Shown here: in pieces, positions 59,034 through 64,000 of the stretch
How the letters are laid out: every line of letters starts with the position of its first letter
Numbering within the stretch: the stretch's first letter is position 1
From: Nitrosopumilus sp.
Lineage (GTDB): Archaea; Thermoproteota; Nitrososphaeria; Nitrososphaerales; Nitrosopumilaceae
DNA: 64,000 nucleotides
Assembly: GCA_965205425.1 (NCBI GenBank)
Contig: CBDBGZ010000009.1
Coordinates: forward strand, 928,001-992,000
Direction: 5' to 3'
The notes under the pieces: generated by a model
Told to the model about the DNA's origin: nothing
The model's database searches: none
The model's input: the letters and a program-made list of their open reading frames with translations, nothing else
Position numbers and translations under genes: made by a program

Positions 59034-60188
59034 CTAACACAAGGTTCTTTGTGGTTCTAATTTCTTTCTTGAACTAATTGCAAACAATGCAACTCCTATA
59101 CCTACAATACAAAATATCACATATGGCATTTCATTTCCAAATGATTGTGTAATTGGACCTCCAATAGTTGGTCCTATTGCCCAACCCATACCAAAAATTG
59201 TTTCATATGCTCCAATAATTTTTCCCGAAATTCCTTTTCGTGTCTTACTCAAAATTATCTCTAATGTTAATGGGAAGAATATACTAAATCCAAAACCCAT
59301 CAACACCAAAGCAATGCCAAAAGTAATTATTGAATCTGCAACTACTGATATTGCCAATCCTGCTGATACTGCGATAGTTCCCGCAATCAAAGTTTGACTG
59401 GTTCTTCTTGCAAATTTTCCTACTAATGCAAGTGATACAACACGTGAAATTCCAAAAATAAAATACAATAATAAAATGTCTGATGCTGACATTCCGTTAT
59501 CGTTGAGAAATGCTGGATAGATTGTAAGTATTATTCCAAAAGAAGATGTGCAAAAAATCAATAATATTATCACTTCAGGAAATTTCTTCATTTCCTTAAT
59601 TGATGAAAATGAAAATCGATCATGGTGGTTTTTTACGCTTTTTCTTGAGGCTAAAAGTGAAGTAATTATGCCAGCTGCTAGAATGAATGCTGCAAATTGG
59701 AATAATATTCTGTATGTAACATCAAGACTTTCTAGAAATACTGTTCCAAGTAATGGTCCTACCATAAATCCGATTACAAAAAACATTGTAAACCATGAGA
59801 TGTGTTTTACTCTGTTTTTTTCAGAACTTTCATTTGAAATGATTGCCTCACATGGGGGCCAAAAAAATGCATGTGCTACACCTGTCATAATTCTAAATCC
59901 CATTATTTCTGGAACTGACTGTGCAATTGATAGTAGATAGACTGATACAGAATTTATCGCTGCGCCAAATGCTAGTAGATATCCATTGTTAAATCTATCA
60001 AGAAGAATTCCTACAAAAAGTGGAATAAACATGTACGGAATAAAATTTGTTAATCCAATTAGTCCAAGTTCAGAATATGTTGCACCAATGATGTTCTTTG
60101 CAAATACTGGTAGAATTGGACCATGTAATCCATATGAAATCCCAATGATTAAACCAGTAATGTTGACTAGTATCAGAACTCTATTCAT
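59034..60188 (-). CDS. MFS transporter
   Basis: About 12 TM helices; GILLDRFN motif A. Confidence 0.9.
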   Translation of the reverse strand: MNRVLILVNITGLIIGISYGLHGPILPVFAKNIIGATYSELGLIGLTNFIPYMFIPLFVGILLDRFNNGYLLAFGAAINSVSVYLLSIAQSVPEIMGFRIMTGVAHAFFWPPCEAIISNESSEKNRVKHISWFTMFFVIGFMVGPLLGTVFLESLDVTYRILFQFAAFILAAGIITSLLASRKSVKNHHDRFSFSSIKEMKKFPEVIILLIFCTSSFGIILTIYPAFLNDNGMSASDILLLYFIFGISRVVSLALVGKFARRTSQTLIAGTIAVSAGLAISVVADSIITFGIALVLMGFGFSIFFPLTLEIILSKTRKGISGKIIGAYETIFGMGWAIGPTIGGPITQSFGNEMPYVIFCIVGIGVALFAISSRKKLEPQRTLC

Positions 60189-60874
60189 TTGTATGCGGCA
60201 ACCATTATTGAGCCACCCATAAGATCTTTCTCAAACTCTACTCTTGAAAATTTCTCTAAAATTAATTCTTCAAGTTTTTTATTTTTAGGCCATCTCTTGT
60301 AAGTCCCATATAGTGTTCCAAACTTTAATCCTAATCGCCCTCCTGCAGCAAATGCAAGAATAGGTAAAATACATCTTAGATAAAATGAAACACCAGCTCT
60401 GAAGAATGCTTCATCTGGTTTTCCCAAATCTACTATTACAAATCTCCCATCTTTTTTCAATACTCTGTGAATTTCAGAGATTGCAATTCTCAAATTGATT
60501 GCATCTCTTAAAGAATATCCACATAGGACCGCATCAAACTCTTCATCTTGAAACGGAATATGTTCAAAAACTCCATTTACCATATCCGGGGTTTCCTCAA
60601 AAAACGTACCTGTATTTTTTAACATTGGTACAAGTGGATCATATAGTGTAATTGAAATTTCTCCATCTGTTAATTTCATTGCAGTTTTTGACATATTTCC
60701 AAAACCAGAGCCTGCATCTAGAATTTTATTTCCAGGAAGCACCCGTTTTGAAATTCCACGAATTCTATGTTCTTTATCTTTACCTAATGAAATGATAGAA
60801 TTTACTTTGTCATAAATTGGAATAATCTCTCGAAGTACTTCCATTACTTCTCCCCAATAACTTCCTAAACCCAT
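60185..60874 (-). CDS. UbiE/MenG-like methyltransferase
   Basis: YDKVN..IS.G, LDAGSGFG, IPFQDEEFD, RVLKKDG motifs. Confidence 0.85.
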   Translation of the reverse strand: MGLGSYWGEVMEVLREIIPIYDKVNSIISLGKDKEHRIRGISKRVLPGNKILDAGSGFGNMSKTAMKLTDGEISITLYDPLVPMLKNTGTFFEETPDMVNGVFEHIPFQDEEFDAVLCGYSLRDAINLRIAISEIHRVLKKDGRFVIVDLGKPDEAFFRAGVSFYLRCILPILAFAAGGRLGLKFGTLYGTYKRWPKNKKLEELILEKFSRVEFEKDLMGGSIMVAAYK

Positions 60875-60923
60875 AATCTATCGTCTCAGTATACTTGTTT
60901 GAATAGGTTTCAAATCAAAGAGT

Positions 60924-61649
60924 TTACTGTGGAGCAAACTTTGATGCATTTTGAGAATAATTTTGTAAATCTGATTCTGAAACTTTCTCAAATATTTTTG
61001 CTTCAGATGTAATTTTAGCCATTTTAATATTATTGACTCCATCTTTTGCTTCTGCTTTTAGATTAATTGCTGCAATAGCTAGTGATGCTGCATCTTCTAA
61101 ACTCATATCATCTTTGTAATGTTTTTCCAAAAATGCATTTACATCATCAGAACCTGCACCAATTGCAATTGCTGAAAATTGGACATATGTTCCACTAGGA
61201 TCAGTAACATAGATTGATTCTCCTTTTTGATCAATTCCTGCAATAATCATGGAGACACCATTTGGACGTACTCCACCATATTGTGTAAATTGATGAGCTT
61301 GGTCTGCTAGATGTTTTGCAACGGTTGCAACTTCAACAGATTCATCGTATGTCATTCTATTTCCTTGTGAGAAAAATCGTGCACCATCTACTTGGACACG
61401 TGCATCTGGAATGTATCCTGCTGCTGCAACTCCTATGTGATAATCTACTTGAAATATTTTTTGAGTAACATTGCTAGTTTGTAAAGTACGAGGTTTCTCT
61501 TCAACTGCCATAATGACGCCTTGTTTGCTACTAATACCAATAGCCAAAGTTCCTCTTTTTACTGTCTCAATGGCATATTCGACTTGGTAAATTCTACCAT
61601 CTGGAGAATACATGGTAGGAGTCATATCGTATCCACGTGATGCCATCAT
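60924..61649 (-). CDS. psmA: Proteasome alpha subunit
   Basis: YD..TMYSPDGRIYQVEYA, RP.GVS, TDPSG motifs. Confidence 0.96.
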   Translation of the reverse strand: MMASRGYDMTPTMYSPDGRIYQVEYAIETVKRGTLAIGISSKQGVIMAVEEKPRTLQTSNVTQKIFQVDYHIGVAAAGYIPDARVQVDGARFFSQGNRMTYDESVEVATVAKHLADQAHQFTQYGGVRPNGVSMIIAGIDQKGESIYVTDPSGTYVQFSAIAIGAGSDDVNAFLEKHYKDDMSLEDAASLAIAAINLKAEAKDGVNNIKMAKITSEAKIFEKVSESDLQNYSQNASKFAPQ

Positions 61650-61759
61650 AATATCACGAGTTCATTCTCAGTCAATTTAAGGGTAATTGTCTTGCCTGAA
61701 TATGGGTGAGATCTGGAAATAGGGTTTTAAGCAAAATTGACTAACTCAATTCAAGAAAT

Positions 61760-62146
61760 ATGGTAAATCAACTACTAGAATTCAAAGAAATAATCAAGTC
61801 AAAACAAAACTCAGAACAAAGGAAAACTGACAAACAGACTAGGAAACTTTTATTGTATTTGTTTACTAGTACAAGAGGTGGATTTACCAGATTACGGATA
61901 ATAATACATCTTTTAGAACAACCATACAATACTCATCAGTTAGCAAAGGAACTTGATCTTGATTACAAGGCAGTTCAACACCACATGAAAGTTTTAGAGA
62001 AAAATAATATGGTTTCAAGAATAGGAGAAAGATATGGTGCAATTTTTCATTTGTCAAATTTCCTTGAGATGAATATCGGTGCACTTGATGAGGCAATTGA
62101 TAAACTAGATAGAAAGATGAATCATACCAAAGTCTATCTGGAATAA
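61760..62146 (+). CDS. ArsR-like winged-helix regulator
   Basis: TRGG.TR..I...QLA..L.LDYKAVQHH. Confidence 0.85.
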   Translation: MVNQLLEFKEIIKSKQNSEQRKTDKQTRKLLLYLFTSTRGGFTRLRIIIHLLEQPYNTHQLAKELDLDYKAVQHHMKVLEKNNMVSRIGERYGAIFHLSNFLEMNIGALDEAIDKLDRKMNHTKVYLE

Positions 62147-62213
62147 ATTATGAATTTGCGATCTGAAATTTTGAACTAAACTTAATATAATATACACCGT
62201 TTTCAAAATCATC

Positions 62214-63488
62214 TTGGTCAAAAATGATCCATTTGCAAATGCAACTAAACAGGTTAATGATGCATGTGATATAATTGGAATCAAAGACAAAGAATTACGT
62301 GAATATTTGGCGATGCCAAATAAAATGATGAGAGTAAAAATCCCAGTTAAAATGGATAATGGCAAAATTAGAGTTTTCACAGGTTTTAGAAGTCAACATA
62401 ACAATGATAGAGGTCCATACAAAGGTGGTATTCGTTACTTTAATCCAAAAGGTGGAGTTGAGTATATGGAACGAGAAGTTATGGCATTATCTTCATGGAT
62501 GACTTGGAAATGTGCTATTGTTGATGTGCCTCTTGGTGGAGGTAAAGGTGCAATCTATGTTAATCCAAAAACTGAGAAACTTAGTGATGGTGAAATGGAA
62601 CGACTAACACGACAATTTGCTTACAAAATTTCTGAAATTATTGGTCCTGAAAAAGATATTCCGGCACCTGATGTTTACACAACAGGAAGAGAGATGACAC
62701 AAATTATGGATACATTTAGCAAGCTAAACGGTAACAAATATTCTCCAGGAGTTATTACTGGAAAACCAATTTCAATGGGAGGTTCTCTTGCAAGAAATGT
62801 TGCAACTGGATTGGGTGCAGCATATACAGTTAGAGAAGCTGCAAAGACATTGAAAATTAGTTTGAAAGGTGCAAAAGTTGTTTTACAAGGCTTTGGAAAT
62901 GCATCAACTTTTGCTGGTGAATATCTTGAAAAAATGGGTTCTAAAGTAATTGCAGTAAGTGACTCTAAGGGTTCAATTTCAATTCCTAAAGGTGCAAAAG
63001 TTAGTGCAATTTTAGCACATAAACAAAAGAAAGGTTCTGTTGTTGGATTCCCTGGAAGCAAAAAAATCTCAACTGAAGAATTACTTACTACTAAATGTGA
63101 TATTCTAGTTCCAGGTGCACTTGAAAATCAAATCGATGCAAAAATTGCAAAGAATCTCAAATGTAAAATAATTGCAGAAGCTGCAAATGGTCCAACATTG
63201 CCTGAAGCAGATCCAATTATCTATAAAAAGAAAATTCTAGTAATCCCTGATATCTTAGCAAACTCTGGTGGTGTTTGTATATCATATTTGGAATGGGTAC
63301 AAAATAACATGGGATATTATTGGACCTTTGATGAAGTTGCAAACAAGATGGAAGCAAACATCACTAAGGGATTCAAAGATGCCTATGCACTTACGAAAAA
63401 ACACAAAATTGACATGAGAAAAGCAACTATGGTTTTAGCAGTAGAGAGAGTTCTGGAAGCCTTTAATCAAAAAGGCATTTGGCCATAA
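62214..63488 (+). CDS. gdhA: Glutamate dehydrogenase
   Basis: GPYKGGIRY, GGGKG, PAPD, QGFGN, EAANGP motifs. Confidence 0.95.
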   Translation: MVKNDPFANATKQVNDACDIIGIKDKELREYLAMPNKMMRVKIPVKMDNGKIRVFTGFRSQHNNDRGPYKGGIRYFNPKGGVEYMEREVMALSSWMTWKCAIVDVPLGGGKGAIYVNPKTEKLSDGEMERLTRQFAYKISEIIGPEKDIPAPDVYTTGREMTQIMDTFSKLNGNKYSPGVITGKPISMGGSLARNVATGLGAAYTVREAAKTLKISLKGAKVVLQGFGNASTFAGEYLEKMGSKVIAVSDSKGSISIPKGAKVSAILAHKQKKGSVVGFPGSKKISTEELLTTKCDILVPGALENQIDAKIAKNLKCKIIAEAANGPTLPEADPIIYKKKILVIPDILANSGGVCISYLEWVQNNMGYYWTFDEVANKMEANITKGFKDAYALTKKHKIDMRKATMVLAVERVLEAFNQKGIWP

Positions 63489-63557
63489 ATTCTTCAAAAT
63501 AATTTTTTTAATTTACAACCAATAGATTAATTCGTTACAATTTTTCATACATATCTG

Positions 63558-63698
63558 ATGAAAACTGAAACTGAGATTACTGAATACAGAAAAGAAATTG
63601 AAGCGAGATTGATAAAAACAGAATCTATGGATGCCATGAAATACTATCAAGGAGTTCTCAGAAGTCTTGAATGGGTGATTACAGGTAAAGACGTTTAG
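63558..63698 (+). CDS. Small hypothetical protein
   Basis: MKTETEITEYRKEIEARL...LEWVITGKDV, 46 aa, read manually. Confidence 0.55.
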   Translation: MKTETEITEYRKEIEARLIKTESMDAMKYYQGVLRSLEWVITGKDV

Positions 63699-63702
63699 AA
63701 AA

Positions 63703-64000
63703 ATGTCTAGAATATTACTTGTGCAAAATACAAGAATTGAAGATTCGGGATATTTGGGTGAATTATTACAAAAAGATGGATTTGAAATCCTATCTGTGAA
63801 TGCAAAACATGAAAAACTTCCTGATGCTGATTTTTCTTTAATAGTAATTTTAGGTGCACCTGAAAGTGCCAATGATGACTTACCCTATCTTCAAGATGAA
63901 CAACAACTTATCAGAAATTCAGTTGAAAAAAATATTCCTGTACTTGGAATTTGTTTGGGTTCTCAGTTAATTGCTAAAACATTTGGTGCCAAAGTGTATG
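63703..64000 (+). CDS. Type 1 glutamine amidotransferase (partial)
   Basis: MSRILLVQN...LGAPESA...PVLGICLGSQL; runs off the window. Confidence 0.88.
   Translation, partial: MSRILLVQNTRIEDSGYLGELLQKDGFEILSVNAKHEKLPDADFSLIVILGAPESANDDLPYLQDEQQLIRNSVEKNIPVLGICLGSQLIAKTFGAKVY

Overview
AT-rich archaeal chromosome segment from an ammonia-oxidising thaumarchaeon (Nitrosopumilus-like), judged from eukaryote-like topoisomerase IB, cupredoxin membrane protein, S30e, L21e, RadA, Nop5/fibrillarin and TFE-beta. Most of it is housekeeping (translation and RNA modification, cdc48, ctaB, pyrD/pyrK, radA, psmA, gdhA), with two tRNAs: Ser-GCT and an intron-containing Met-CAT. A layered mobilome sits on top. 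(1) Three 910-bp IS1595-family copies share the same frameshifts. (2) A 131-bp TA-duplicating MITE occurs twice, once inside an IS copy and once at the pth2 stop codon. (3) A transposase-less element with IS6-like ends and an 8-bp target duplication lies upstream of radA, with an ISH3 element nested in it and a 3x32-bp palindromic array beside it. (4) An accessory gene is bracketed by a repeated ATGAAAACTAG stop/start motif, which suggests a gene-cassette system. Strand compositional bias appears to flip at IS1595 copy 2, the only copy without a matching target duplication. All calls were made by eye, with no database searches.
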